From Fistulifera solaris (Eukaryota): DNA of 64,000 nt. A program made the translations under genes and the position numbers. Of this stretch, positions 49,293 through 63,200 are shown piece by piece; the first letter of the stretch is position 1; the number at the start of each line of letters is the position of its first letter. The notes beneath the pieces were generated by a model. The model worked only from the letters and a program-made list of their open reading frames with translations. It did not search any database and was not told where the DNA came from. The DNA lies in the NCBI GenBank assembly GCA_030295235.1, contig AP026124.1, forward strand, positions 930,001-994,000. Direction: 5' to 3'.

Positions 49293-50520
49293 ACTTTTGT
49301 ATTTTGACTCCTGGAGTCCACCAGCTGCTCACATCATTCACACAACTCTGTGAGCTTGCCGACCCTTATTCACTCCGAGCGGTGTTACGAAATTAGGAAT
49401 CGAGTGTCTTAGCGACGTTTATGGAAATAAGCGCAGAACATGGTATTGGCGATGAGGTCATTCTACCCCCCTTCCCCGCCGAAAGGTTAGATTATGACCT
49501 ATGTAATGAAACAAGTTTCGAGTTTTTCTAGCTACAGAGAGAGAATTTCTCTCTCTTCTTATATATAGAGAAAATCTCTCTCTCTCTACAGAGGGTAAAT
49601 CACTCTTTACTCTCTATTCTCTATTCCTCTTATTTCTCTCTATTGTCTACTAAGTAGGGAACGTGTATGTGAACCAAAATACTACCCATAGACATGATAC
49701 AAATGAGTGGGAAGAACGTCTTTCCGTTCAAAGAAATATTATATAGGACTAATTTGTATCTTTTGTCACGGAGAGACTTCCGACTTCCGACAAAACGATG
49801 GTTTTTTTGTACTTTGTACGATGTATTTGTACTCTACTGCTCCAGTGGGATTGAGCATCCCATAACCCACAATGGACAAGCGTCAAGCGTCCCTTGGCCA
49901 TTGAGTATCCCACTATCTATTATGGACAACTATCCATGGACAGCAATTCTTTATCGAGAATCGAGAGCCATTACAAACTACAAACCAAGCTAACATATTG
50001 AAGTATGAATATATGGTGCAAATCTGAGTCATTAGTTCCAAGAATTATCTTTTGTGCATTGGTGCAATGATACAAGCACGGCATGAAGCAACTGGCCAGT
50101 ATCACAAGCTATTTATGCAGTGCTAAAATATGACTAAACCCTATTCATTATTTATTACCGTTTACTACGAAGGATGTTCAAAGCTGCTTGTCCTTCTTTT
50201 ACTTCACGGAGGTTGGCGTTGGCGAAGGGCAAAGTGCCGATGAGGTTTCGAAGAAGCAAAGGCGGATAAAAAAGAAAAAAGTGTAAGCTCATAATCCGAT
50301 GACGCAGACACAATTTTTATACGCCCTTTTAATAGACTCAATGGGTCATCAGTCATCAAGTACACCGATTACAACAAGATGATCTATTTCTAAAAACAAA
50401 AGTGCTTACGTATACAAAAGTGAGTAGACTATATCTAAATGATGAATGATTAGCGCTGAAAATCTTCGTCCCCAGATTCATGATCAATGATCAGCCAAAG
50501 TCAAAAGCAATGTGTCGGCA

Positions 50521-51839
50521 TTACGCTGATGCCTTTCGTTCGCCCTTGATCATGTGTTTCATATAGAACTCGCCCGCCTTGTATGAACTGCGCACCATAG
50601 GCCCGCTGGCGACGTACTTAAAACCTATCTCCTCGCCAAGCTGGCGAAACATGTCAAACTTTTCTGGTCTCACATATTCTACCACCGCCAAATGTTTCTC
50701 TGTTGGCCGCAGATATTGTCCAAAAGTGACCACATCAACATCGATAGCGCGAAGATCTTTCATTGTTTGAATGACTTCCTCGTCCGTTTCGCCTAATCCA
50801 AGCATAATACTCGTCTTTGTGTAAAGACTGGGTTTCACTTTTTAGCGTGTTCCAATGTAGAAAGACTTTGTGCGTATCCAGCGCGATGGTCCCGAACAAA
50901 CCGTTGTAACCGTTCCACTGTTTCCACATTGTGTGCATATACATCCAAGCCAGACAGAGCTAACGTTTCCACCGACGACAGCATTCCCTGAAAGTCTGAA
51001 ACAAGGCACTCTACGAGCAATTCCGGTTTTTTCTGTTTTAAAAAGTTCAACTGTGTGAGCAAAATGCTGTGCTCCTCCGTCGGGGATGTCATCTCGATCT
51101 ACAGACGTCAGCACGATGTAGTCTACACCCCACTTCGTCACTGCGTCGGCTGTTTTAAAAGGCTCAAATGGGTCCGGCGGTGGAGGCTTTGCGTCTGTAT
51201 TGACAGCACAAAACATGCACCCGCGTGTACTGCAAAAGAAGCATGAGAAAAAGCTTTTTATTTCCAAAGCACGTACCGATGACTCGTTTACTTACCATGT
51301 GTCTCCAAGAAGCATGATTGTTCCGGTCCCACCGTTCCAACACTCTCCAATGTTAGGACATTGGGCTTCCTCGCAAACGGTGTGCAAATCCAAATTGCGA
51401 AGAGATTCTTTAACTTCGCTGTATCGAGAGTCTTTCGCTGCACGCAAAGAACAAGGTGATGAGTCTCTTTCAAGATGCCAGCCGACGGCAATTATGTATC
51501 ACAATAATACATACCTTGCGAGGGGGCAGGAACTTTGAACCAAGATGGTCGTCCCTTGGGCATTTCTGCACCGACTTTGGGTCGTCGTAGCTCACTTTCT
51601 TCTTTCGAAGCATTCGGCATGGCACGACCTCCTCCTCCAGACATACCATCACCTCTTAAAACAGAGTACGGCACGTGCTCTACTGCTTCCCTGGTTTCTT
51701 TTGATGCGACGTTCATCACAACATTGTTATTTCTCGATGAAGGTCGAATGATGTGTTGAAACGCCCATGATCGGTTGATCGCGTCAAGAGTCACAAGAAA
51801 CGAAATAATTGACGGCAGCTTCATTCTATTCGATTTCAA
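50521..51839 (-). CDS. lipA: Lipoyl synthase (radical SAM), plastid-type presequence; two introns, several frameshifts
   Basis: [30 protein letters not shown] (CxxxCxxC across an intron); [31 protein letters not shown] presequence. Confidence 0.95.
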
Positions 51840-52072
51840 AGTTAGTTGTCTATTAACAGCAATAGAATATTATTTGTTCGATGTGATGATTTTTGAGTTG
51901 ATCGTCGATGAAAACACTCAACACTCGCAGACGTCGAATGAAACAGAAACGTCACGTTTTATTGAGGAGACTGTCGTAGCGGGTCCCGCAACCTACAAGA
52001 ATCTGTCCCGCGTGCAGTGCTAAAGGGATCGAAAAACGTAAGGATTATTGTTATCTTAGGATTATTATTATC

Positions 52073-53315
52073 TTAGGTCGCTTTGCAGAGAAAGTACATC
52101 GTCAGGCTCATACCGTCGACGTATCCTGATGTCAAATCAAGGCCACATTTAACCAATTCACCATCGTAAAGACTCTGCACATCCTTGCTTTCAATATGCA
52201 ACCCAATATTCTTGCATGCACTCGCGAACTCGTCCACGCCAAATCGGTGCGTTGCGTCAGCACACACTACGTAGGCCACGCCTCCCGGAACAAGAATATC
52301 GTAGATTGTCTGGGCAGACGCCAATGCGTCTTCTGCTTGGCAAATCATATCTGCGGCGAGTACGACATCGACGAGTTCATGTGAATTGCCGCCCATGTCC
52401 GTCCAACCGTCACCGCTCTGTTTTTGATAAAAGTCAAGTCCCACAGCGCTGCAACGCAATGACAAATCATTGAGATTTATGTTTCTTTGCAAATTGTTCA
52501 AAACAGTTGCATTGAAATCGGTCAGAACAACACAACTATTTTTGTTTGAACACCGCTGTTGGAGAAGTGCCGCAACAAGGCCCGTCAATCCACACCCCGC
52601 TCCAATTTCGAGAACTCGCTTCCCTTCTAGAACAGAAGGCTCTGTTACGAGCCAGCGAGAAAGAATTAAGGCCGAAGGCCACAGAACTGACGCGAATTGC
52701 GGGCGCTTAAGAAAAAGTATGAATTCATCTCTCAACACAACAAGGGGCGAGACTTACCGAAGCCGACATCTTCCTGTGCCGATTGACGATCCGTCACCTG
52801 ATGGATAAGAACTTGAACCGACTGACTCGAAATGGCCGGAGCAATGTCAAGGACAACCGGTAGACGTGCCCTTAACTCGTCTGAAGTGTACGGAAGTGAT
52901 GGCTGCCGTTTCGACACAATTTGACATGCTTTGTCCTGCATGTCCATGACATCCTCTTGCTGTTCTAGTCTTTCTAATCTTGTAACGTCATACTGAATAA
53001 GCTGAGATATTATTTGCTGCGACTGTGCTCTTTGAAGCTCCTCGCCAAGTATGGCGTCTTTCTGTGTCAATTGTACTTGGAGGTCAAAAAGACGACTAAG
53101 ATAGCAAGATGTCGCATCGTCAAAAATTCTGAAAGAAGAATTGCTCTCGGCAGCACGGACTACATCCAAATAGGCTTTCACAGCATTATGAATGATAGGA
53201 TTCAAAAAGAAGCTACGCCGTCATATTCATCAAGGAACTTTCGGCGGAGAAAAGCAACCTGGCGCGGTGACGAAATGTTCGTCTCCAGAAGTTCAATGAT
53301 ATTTTCCGAATTCAT
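52073..53315 (-). CDS. METTL21/EFM-like SAM-dependent methyltransferase; intron after EDVGF, frameshift near 53205
   Basis: QSAQEDVGF|VLWPSAL, VLEIGAGCGLTGL, LTDFN and DVVLAADMI. Confidence 0.85.
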
Positions 53316-53420
53316 GAAAATAGGTGGCTCACTGCATGGTGCGTGTTTTTGCTTGGAATGAAAAATGTCGATCGACCTATAAACCTGTCATTAGAAGGAA
53401 TGTCCCCGTCATCCATCATC

Positions 53421-53498
53421 AAACGGCGTTAAAATTCTACCTCGTCGTCGACGTTACGTAGAATCTTGTACTGGGAGGCAGAATTTTAACGTCCTTCC
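53421..53498. repeat. ~80 bp hairpin/MITE-like element, copy 2 (inverted relative to copy 1)
   Basis: Shares TACGTAGAAT.TTGTACTGGGAGGCAGAATTTTAACGTCCTTCC with the reverse complement of 48359-48438. Confidence 0.8.
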
Positions 53499-53786
53499 AA
53501 TTTCGTTTGCTGTTGGCGTTTGCGATGTTGGATGGAGGTTTTGTAACCTCCTTGCATACTACAATAAGGTTTTACTTAACCGCGCACCCCTTTGAGCCGT
53601 CATCGCTTGTGGCTAAATATTTTTGACACTAGAATAAAATGTAGTCTTAACGGATGACTTCGCCGTTGGGAAACGTACTGTTTCCGTCCATCACTTTTTC
53701 TCAACATTCTGCAAATTTCCCATTGCATTCAATTACGAAAGATCGAAGAGGGAGCAAGTCGCAAGAAAAGACTCTAGACGAAAACA

Positions 53787-54931
53787 ATGAAGAAAGTCTT
53801 GCTTCACCTATGGGTGAGCATGTCGCTCTTCGTGATTCCTTCTACTGCCTTCCGTCCTCAATCGTTGACAGTCACTCGTCGTATTACCTCAACTTCTTCC
53901 ACCATCCTGTGTGCCGTCGCCGAAAATTCATCGGATGATCTCAAAACAGGATATAAGCTAGGATCGTATATGCTAGCGGCCACGGGAGCATTTCTGTTAT
54001 CGATGCCTGATCGAACGGGACGAACGTTGGTAGCCAGTAAAGTAGGGGGGAGCAACCGGTTACGGATTGGCGGCTGGTTTATGTTACATCTTGTGAGTAG
54101 AAAATATTCATCTTCATACCATCTTTCCTTATATAACTCCGTCCTGACTCATACTATTACAGAGAAGGTGCCTACGATAACAATCGTCTCGGAAGTGACA
54201 CCTACAAGCGACTCAACCTCGGCCTCTTCGCGTTTATGGTCCTGGGTCTTTTCGCTATTCCTGGTGAAGCAGGCTTCCTGCCATCTGCTGTGGGTGCCAT
54301 GATCATGAGTGTTCTTTTAACAGTTGTTAGACTCTACGGGGTAGCCTTAGCATGGAAAGGCTGGGAATATGGGGTGGGTGCGGGCAGCTTGAAGGGATTG
54401 TGGGACGAAATAGTGAATGGTACGAAGGAAACGGTCAAGGGTCTTCGAGTAAAAAAATCAGAGAAAAGCGTTGACCTATCGGAACATGCTATTCCTCATC
54501 CTAATGGGGTCGATATCAAGCTTTTTCGATGGTATCTTCCTTTGCGCTATTTGAAAGAATTCGGCAAGAGTTTGTTCGAGGTTTCACTGAAAGTGTCCGC
54601 AGTCGGCCGATTACTGATGATAACCACAATGGTATACTCACTGAAAGATGCAGCAGAGCGGGATCGACTGACTGGAACCACGTTCATACAGCTTAATCTC
54701 TTAGTGGGTACTTGGGCAGTGTTCGTCGGTTTGGGTCAAGCAGCTTTTCCTTATGGATTTGCTGCCAATCGCGGTGTAGAAATGTTTGCTATTGGCCTTC
54801 CGTTTCTTATCAAAGCCTTCAAATCACAAAAGAGAAGCTCGAAAAGGAATCATCTAAAGAGGAAAATCCATTTGAACGATAGTCAAGGCGTAAATCGTGA
54901 TGTGTTTATGTTGAGTAATAGTTACATCTAG
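53787..54931 (+). CDS. Uncharacterised multi-pass membrane protein with plastid bipartite presequence; intron ~54093-54163, frameshifts
   Basis: Signal peptide + STA-FRP. Internal duplicated motif A...RL.SDTYKRLNL / AAERDRLTGTTFIQLNL; several TM helices. Confidence 0.65.
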
Positions 54932-54986
54932 CAATGTGTGTTGTTAGTGGGGTATCACTGATAGGCTTTAGTCAATTTAAAAACGA

Positions 54987-56502
54987 TTACCAACGCCTCT
55001 GATCGAATCGCACCTCCAAGTTACGGCCTTGGAAATTAGTCCCATTGTATTCGGCAATAGCTTTCTTGGCATCCATCTCCTTGCGGAACTGGACTATACC
55101 ATAGCCTCTCTTGACTTCTGCATGTATAATCTCACCGCACTGCTTGAAATGATCTTTCACTTCTGACCAGTTTGTCTCGAATGGCAGATTTCCGACAAAC
55201 AAAATTGCTCCGTCTGTTGTATCGTCTCGCCCGCCAACAAAATCACGACCTCCTCTTCCGCTTCCGCGGCCTCCGAAACCCCAGGTAGCTCCTCGACCAC
55301 GGCCTCCAAAACGACCACCTCCTCGGCCTTGCCACTTAGAGTTAGATCGATCTTCTTGAACACTTATTTGATAGCCCATGAGCTCCGAGTCATTCAGTTC
55401 ACGAATCGCTCGAGACGCATCCTGGGGTCTTTGATAAGTAACGATACCGCTTCCAGCTTCTCCGGATGCATTTGCGTGAATAGTCGCGGAATCGACATTA
55501 CCGGCCCGTCTCATGTAATCTTTTAGCTGAAACCAAGTCGTGTCGGGGTTCAAGTTCTTGACAAAAACAGATTTGTTTGGAGCAAAGGAGGCGGGCCCTC
55601 CACTCTGATTACTCGTTTCGCGGTCCTCGCGTACAAACACCATTCTACCTCGAAAGTCAGTATCCGTTAGCATCTCGATGGCTTGTTGTGCGCCTTCCAC
55701 GGTTGCAAATTCAACAATGCCACAGCCTTTCGACCGGATCCCACCAGATTCTTTGATGATTTCTGCGTGAACAACATCCCCGGCTGCGAAATATAAGTGA
55801 GCTGCCATGCACTCAAAACAAGATTTTCTAGAAATACACACCTTGCTTGCAGAAATCTTTGAGATCCTGCCACTCGACATCCCATGCGAGATTGCCCACG
55901 TATACTCGCCGACTTTTGGCATTGTGATCCGATGAAAAGGCGCGAGAGGAAGTGTGCGAGCCTCCATGTCCTCCCAGGCGATCCTCACGATCCTCTCGCA
56001 CAAATATTTGTCGACCTTCCAACTCACTGTCATTGAGGGTAAGCACGGCCTTTCGCGCAGCATCAGCGGTGGCAAACTCAACAATGGCGCACCCTTTACT
56101 TCGTCCATCTGGTGCCATCATTACATCAACTCGAGTCGCATCCAAATCATGAGACTTCATGAAATCTTTCAAAGACTGCCAGCTTACACGCCACGATAAA
56201 TTTCCTACGTAAACACGACGAGATCGATCCCCTTGTGCGTTCGCTGCGGAGTCGGATGCGTCAACCGTCGATTCGTACTGTTCGTTGTCGTTGGTCGATC
56301 TTGCCTCCTTCATTTCAACTTTGCTTTCATCCTTTCCTTCATCTTCGGTTGGATTTGTGTTCGGCTTCGGCTGGCTTTCATTCATATTTGCTTGCTATTA
56401 GAGAAAAACGTTTAAGAATCATTTGTTTGATGCCCCACACATTGGATGCCTCATTGACGATGCCAACTGATTAAGACCGACAATACTTACCGCAGACACC
56501 AT
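54987..56502 (-). CDS. Gbp2/Hrb1-like multi-RRM, RGG-containing RNA/G-strand binding protein; introns 56395-56490 and ~55783-55841
   Basis: VYVGNLSWRVSWQSLKDFM, RSKGCAIVEF and GRQIFVREDRE repeated; four RRMs; RGG tract. Exon 1 (MVSA) splices in frame to QANMNE. Confidence 0.88.
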
Positions 56503-57229
56503 GGCGAATCTCCTAATGGGCTTCTGTTACCTTTCCGTTTCTTTTAAACCGCTTACCGCCTTTACTAAGCTGTAGTTGTTGTAGATTCGAACACTGATGA
56601 AGTGATGTTACAGAGACAACAAGAGATCCCCGCGGAGGGGCGGAGGCTTTTGGATTTTTGTCTTGTGACATTTGGAAGGCCTGAATTTCACTGTAATACT
56701 TGTCCGTTTTAAAATTTACTTAAATGTCCTAGCGAGCGTCACGTATATAAAACACTTCTTTTCAGAGAGCTTGCCACTGTTCACGGCAATTAGGCTATTC
56801 AACGGACACGTTTTTTACTTTTTAGTTGATTGATACTCCGGGGTACCTTGTAATTTTACAACGGCTCTTCCTTTTTGCGCCCATCCTATCCTTCTGTACG
56901 GCGTCCATTCCCTTCATTCCAACGTATAGTAAACTCGACTACTATTCATCGCTGCAGTTTTGGGCTTCGACAAGGTGGCTGTTTCAGGCACCGCTCTCAT
57001 GAAAGTATTATTCAATCAATATTGGAAGCTGCGAACAATTCTTTGTTTTCAACACGAAGGCTTTCTGTTCGCTTATAGAATTCATTGTTACGTTTGAGAT
57101 CGCCGATTTGTTAGTGGAATCAGTTAAAGAAAGAAGCTTCGACAGGAGCAGAACGACCTTTGAGAAGGGTTTCGTTAATCTACTTTATAGGCCTTAACAC
57201 GTCCTCAGGAAAAGAACCTTTTAAAAAAC

Positions 57230-60200
57230 ATGCAACCCGAACGTTCTTACCCGCTACCTGCGTATTTGAAATTCTGCCCTGGTGGAATCACCTACCACGG
57301 CGCGGCGCCGGATGACTTCTATCGTTTCTCCGAGTACACGGGCACGAACAAGTCAAACTCCCGCGGCAGAAGAGGTACGCCCTCTTCTGCTGTATCGTCG
57401 CCGCGTCCCTTGCTTCCCGATACTCTTCTCACGAAAGCAAAGCAGGCGGATGTACGACTCCGTCAGTACACGCTTCTTTCTCAGCCAACAGGTGCGGTAC
57501 CCGTCTTTTTACCCAGTCTCTCTATTCTAGCTGAGCAATGTTTTGGTCGTTTGACTGGTGTCCTGCCAACGCCGCTAAATCGTGGGCCGATGCTATGATA
57601 CTACACTACTTTGAATCAGCCCTAGACGATATTGCGGTCGTTAGTGAAGAGGATATTTACCGGAGCAAACCAATCGCTACGCAACCTTTGACTGGGACTA
57701 GCACCGCCGCTGTTTTGCTCCGAAAGATACACGAAGACGCACAAGCAGGGCAGGCTAGCGACTCTCTAGTTGGTCGCCCTCGACCTTGCGGTTACGTTTT
57801 TAAAAGGGGTGACATCGCGTGGAATTGTCGGACTTGCCAAACGGACGCCACGTGTGTGATTTGTGATACTTGTTTCAGGCATAGCGATCATCAAGGACAT
57901 GAGGTGTATTTTCATCGTACTTCACCCGGAGGATGTTGCGACTGTGGGGATGCTGAAGCGTGGAAATCGGAGGGATGTTGTGATAAGCACCGACCCTTAT
58001 CGAGTCCAGTCGGTCAAGAGCGACCATCAATTGAACTTGATCCTATGGAAGCAGTGGCGATGTCTTTGAAAGGTTTGAAAGATGGAATTGACACCGTCTC
58101 TTCTCATCCTGCTACAAAACTACCTCCCCGTCTAGCTGCTGCCCTGGGGGTTGTGATTGGAGCCGTTGTTAACTCCATTTTGGATGCCGTGGATGGTGCG
58201 GCAGTCGGTGCCGATCCTGTCCAATGGAAACGGCGCTGGGCTCACGAAGCCGCTTGCATTTATAATGGTGTTTCAAACAATGAGCAATACTATCTAGCTG
58301 CAAAGCATGCATTTGCAACCCCTGCTACTTTCGCCAGCAATCCTGCTCAAACGCTTCCAGAGTCATTTGACGTCCAACTGAGACTTCATAATGACGACGT
58401 ACACACTTTTGACGAAGTGATAGAAGCCTTGCACGGCGATCCTCGTATGCGAAGGCATATGGAAGACCCCGCTAGTATCTTGGTGCCAGTACGGGAGAAT
58501 GCAACCGAGATGACCCACCACGTCGATGCTGACGGACAAGTGACCGTCAAAGTGTACTCCTCCATATCGAATGCATTGCATGGGTTTAAAAGGTTGAAAG
58601 CTTCCGGACTTCATTGTGCTGTGGTTAGTAATGTCCAAGTTCAGATGGAATTGAGAGCTAGAGTATTAATCTCTTGGCTATCTGAGATTTGCGCTGCTCA
58701 TCCTGCTGCTGCAGCTCTTGTTGTTCACGCGCTTGTCCAAGTAGATCCTTTTCATGACTTGGGTGGAGCTCAGGTTTGGGCAGCAGCGAGAATGATTCCA
58801 CCGTGGATTGCATTTGACCAAACGGATGAGCCGCTGATTTGTCGACGAAGATTCGATGCTTTTCCACCGCATTTACACTCTAGTTATTTGACCCGTGAGG
58901 AGTGCGAGCTGTTGCACGGCATCGCGTCGGAAATGAATGCAACTGCTTTTATCTCTCTCACTGGAACGGAGCCAGGCTTTTATGCCAGAGTTCCATATCG
59001 CCTACCATCAGACAAGTATCGCAAGTCCCCGCATTCACTTTGGGGAACTCTACCCTCGCATTATTCTGATCCGGTCAGTCGCGATTCAAAACACCCTTTA
59101 CTTCGTCGTTTAATCACCGGTCGTTTCGATGTAGAGACAGCTACCTTACCGAACAAATTGACGGAATCTGTTTTCGTAGTAGACACAGATTTGCGGAAGC
59201 AGCAAAACCCAAAAATACTCACATCAAGTCTTTACACTCATAAATTGCCGGGCTTGCACATCATCAGCGGAATAGGTTCAGTGCGAATGAGCGAAATATC
59301 CGCGAGGCGTCCTCCTCTCCCGTATCCTATGCATCTCCGACACCTGTTGGGTATATCGTCGTTTCGAGCACCAGTTTCGCCGATCATGCTTCTTCTTCTC
59401 TTTGACCCATACCCTACAAAGCAATTGCGTGGGAGCTTGCATGTTCTATTCTTATCTCTTTTGACGGATTCACGATTCAAGTCGCGTTTTGCTGGTGCTT
59501 TAGGGGTCGCATACAGACCCTTGTGTACGTTGTTTTGCGCCGGCGTTGGCACGGAAGCTGATTCGCCCCTCCATTTCAGCGTTCAAATTTTTACTGCAGG
59601 AAGTTTGGTCAGGGCTCTTTGTCACAGAAATGCAGCAGAGAAACTTCTCCTTTCTGACCACCTTGCAAACTTTGTATTGCCGGAAGACAGCCATCAAAAT
59701 GAATCGTCGATTGGGGTCTTTGTTCCTCCGATTTCCCACGTCATCGTTCGATGTGTTCACACAAACCTTCTGGGAGCGACTCAAGAAATTAGTATGATTT
59801 TAAAAACACATTTTCAGGGAGTGACGAAAATAGCATCGACGGGGCCCTTCAACTGGGCAACGACAATTTACTTCCTGCTTTGACATATGTTGCTGGTGAG
59901 CATCCTCTGTTGACGCTCCTTCCTGCTGCCCACGACGATGGGTTCTTAGACTCTCGGTCTACTCGACATAAAAGGCTTCCTCACATTCTACGAGATCTCG
60001 AATATGTCATTGAAACCCCCGGGACTGCAATGCGTCTGCTTCTACCGCACAGGTTCCCTACGCAGTACGGGCCATCCTTGTCGCTGCGAGGGGAAGATAT
60101 CTTGCCATTTGCGTCGATTTTTGCTAGAATGTTGCGTTTGGCCCAAGGAATGGATACACAAAAGAGAAAAATTTCAGGAGGACACGTAGAATACGAGCAG

Positions 60201-63200
60201 AATAGATGGTTAGAAGCATTCGGACTTAGTTTGAATTTTGCTGGTACACGTGACGCTCTGGCAGAAAGTGCTTGCAGCTCAGTTGATCCATCTTCAGGTG
60301 ACATATCTCATCTGAAAGCCGTTCGTGAGGCCATTGGAACTTTTTTTTACCGCGTTACTAAGGGAGCTGAAGTTTTGGCTTTACAGAGAGAGTTTGCTAG
60401 AGACAGGACTTCCTGTTTCACCTTCCCAAGGCATCGACATTTCACAAGTCACATCTCTTCAGCGTAGTACCCTGCACGTATCAAGCTCTGAGTTCTCCGA
60501 TTACAGTGAGTCCGAAACGTTGGACGCCGTCGCACATTCAGCTCGACCGGTCAATACAGTAGCTTTGTCTTGCGCGACAGGAATTAAGATGACAGAGGCA
60601 CAACTGATTCTCATCGAAAACTCGTTAAAAGTTGCGGTTTCCCGGCAAGAATCCCATACACTAGACGATAGCCTCCCTTTTCAGACCGGTCCCCTGATCA
60701 CTGATTGGTTAAGAGTGCCTCATTCTCCTCTTGGTGGTGATGCTCTGTCTTTTCATCTGCCTCTTCACCGTGCTATGGCAAAGTGCATCAAAAGCATGTG
60801 TTCAGTGGTTGTTCCATCATCATATCGTGACTCCTTTCCGTCGACTTGGTGGCAATTACCTGTCCTTGATGACAACCAGTCTTCAGTCACTCAAATAGAT
60901 CAAGCAAGCTTCTCCCATCCTCTTGTATCAGTTCTTCGTTCGACGTTACGATCAGGCAACTGTAGAGTTAACTGGTCGTCAGGACCCGATTGTACCCCGC
61001 AAGAAGCTCAAAGACGACGTGCCAGATCAAGGGCAGTCTCTGTGAATATTGCTGTTGCAAAGGTGATACACTCGCTTGTAGACCATCCCCTTCGGTGTCT
61101 TGCAGCAGCACAACAAGTTGAACGTCATTTGTGGACAAGAAACGGCGGATCTTTGGCGGGCATGGCAATGAATTATTCAAACACTCCTTTATGTCGCTCA
61201 TTTCGGGATCTAGATCTTCTTTTGGTTCAACTTTCGGCAGCTGGCATGAGTTGTGGTTTGGGCGCCCGCCGGACTTTTTCGTTAATTTTGAGTCGCTTCA
61301 GCATGGATGGGTATTTGTGCGACCCTGAACGGCGCTCTGCCGTTGGTGCAAGTGGAAGCTCGTTCGTTTCACAACCATCGACTTGGGTAAACCCTCCACG
61401 TCTGCAGGACCCAGATCACGCAGTCATATTGGCCGAGTCTTTTTTTGCAATGATCTGCGTCCTCGTCACTGAACTTCCTCCGCCGCCTCCCGGTGCCGTT
61501 CTAGACAATGTTTCATTACGGCAAAGTATTCGCCGTGAGTTAGTCCACGCGTTACTTGCAGAGCCGAGATCGCACAGTGCAGCTATGGCAGCCGCGTCTG
61601 GAGGTATTTCCAGAAGGGAAGAAAGCGACGGCAACTCAGGATCTAGTGGTGGAGCTAGTATGTTTAGTGAGGCATTTGCTGCAGTTCTTGATGAGGTTGG
61701 CGTCCAAAAATCTCGCAGTGGTTCGAGGGCCGCCTCTGGACCTCCGATTTTTGAGCTGAAAGCTGAGGTTTGCGATGAGTACGATCCTACTTACTATCAC
61801 CTGAAAAGACAAGAACACCAGCACGCGATGGATATTGTTGAAAGACTTCGAAAACAAAAGCTTGGAAATGACAAGAGTAAGATAGATTCGACGTCGCTTC
61901 CGTTAGTGTGTCCACCTCCAAAGGCACATCCAAGATTTCTGCCTTGCCGGCTTGTGTTGCACCTTGATTTGATGGACGCTGCGATTCGGCGGTCCTTGTT
62001 ATTCGCATTGACAAATGGGTCGTGGTTACCACCCTCAGAGCCTACAACAACCACGGCAGATACGAATTCTGAAAAAGCTTCTAGTGATGACGGCGAAGTC
62101 GATGTCTCCGTTAGGGTAACGGAATCTCTCAGTGGCGCTGATGTCCCCGTGACCGCGTTTAACAGGAGAGTTCTTCATACACAGACGTCGGGGGCTTCAT
62201 TTTCGATTTCCAGGCGGGAAAACGAGACAATTCTTTTTCCAAAGAGGTTGTCGCTGCATCATCTGTATCTTTCCTTGAAATACTGCAGTTGCTTACACTT
62301 CAAATACATACCTTGGAAGAGTGCGCCTCGCTCCACCGCCTGCTTTCAAATCTGGACGATGAATCTCGACTATTGTCATCGGGATTGTCAATAAACTCAT
62401 ACCTGAGTCGCCTAATACATGTGCCGACTAGCCTCGCAGATGTCTGGGCACTTCGTCCACACCCGCATGGACCGCTGCAATCGAAAGGAAGTGGAGAGAA
62501 TCGAGGATCCATTCTTGGTCTTTTAATTGCCCTTTACGAGCATAGGTCAGATCACGGTGCTATCCTAGACTCGCAAGGAGGAGATCAAGTCGATGAAGGG
62601 CATGGGGGTGCCCGTGCACTTGCTTCCAGTGGCCTCAAATGGATCTTGAGGTTTGTTAATGCCTTAGTTGACGGTGCACCAGCTGTCAGCGCAGCAATAA
62701 GATCGGCGACCAACGGACTTCGAGAGATCAAAACGCAGGATTTCAGTGCTTTGTCGTGGACAATAGATGAAGAAGTGCGAAATATCATCCGAAGAATGTT
62801 GGCAAACCTGACTGACTTATGGCCAATGGAACGCAGCAAATCGGAGTCATCAGAAAAGGCAACACCCAAAGTATCCGAAGCTGGTAAGGCAGCCCAGAAG
62901 CGCCAGTTGGAGAAAATGAGGAAAATGCAAGCAAAGTTCGCTGCAACGATACAAGGTTTAGATGACGAGAAACAAATCAACGAAGCAGATACTGGAAGCG
63001 ACCAGTGTATTATCTGCCGCTGTGATGATGTTGATGGCGAGAACAACGGCCCATTAGGATTTTTAGGTCACGTCCAGCGCTCGCGGGTCCTCCAAATGCG
63101 TTTTACGATCGAAGCCGATAAGAGGAAGGGCGTCCCGCTTGATCTATCTCAGAGTTATCTCGTTGTCGGTCACAAAGGATGTCAGGTAAGTCGTCGTTTT

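Noticed and set aside
56483..56492. ATACTTACC resembling the U1 snRNA 5' end
   Set aside because: It is the reverse complement of the GTAAGTAT donor of the first intron of the RRM gene; no U1 body follows.
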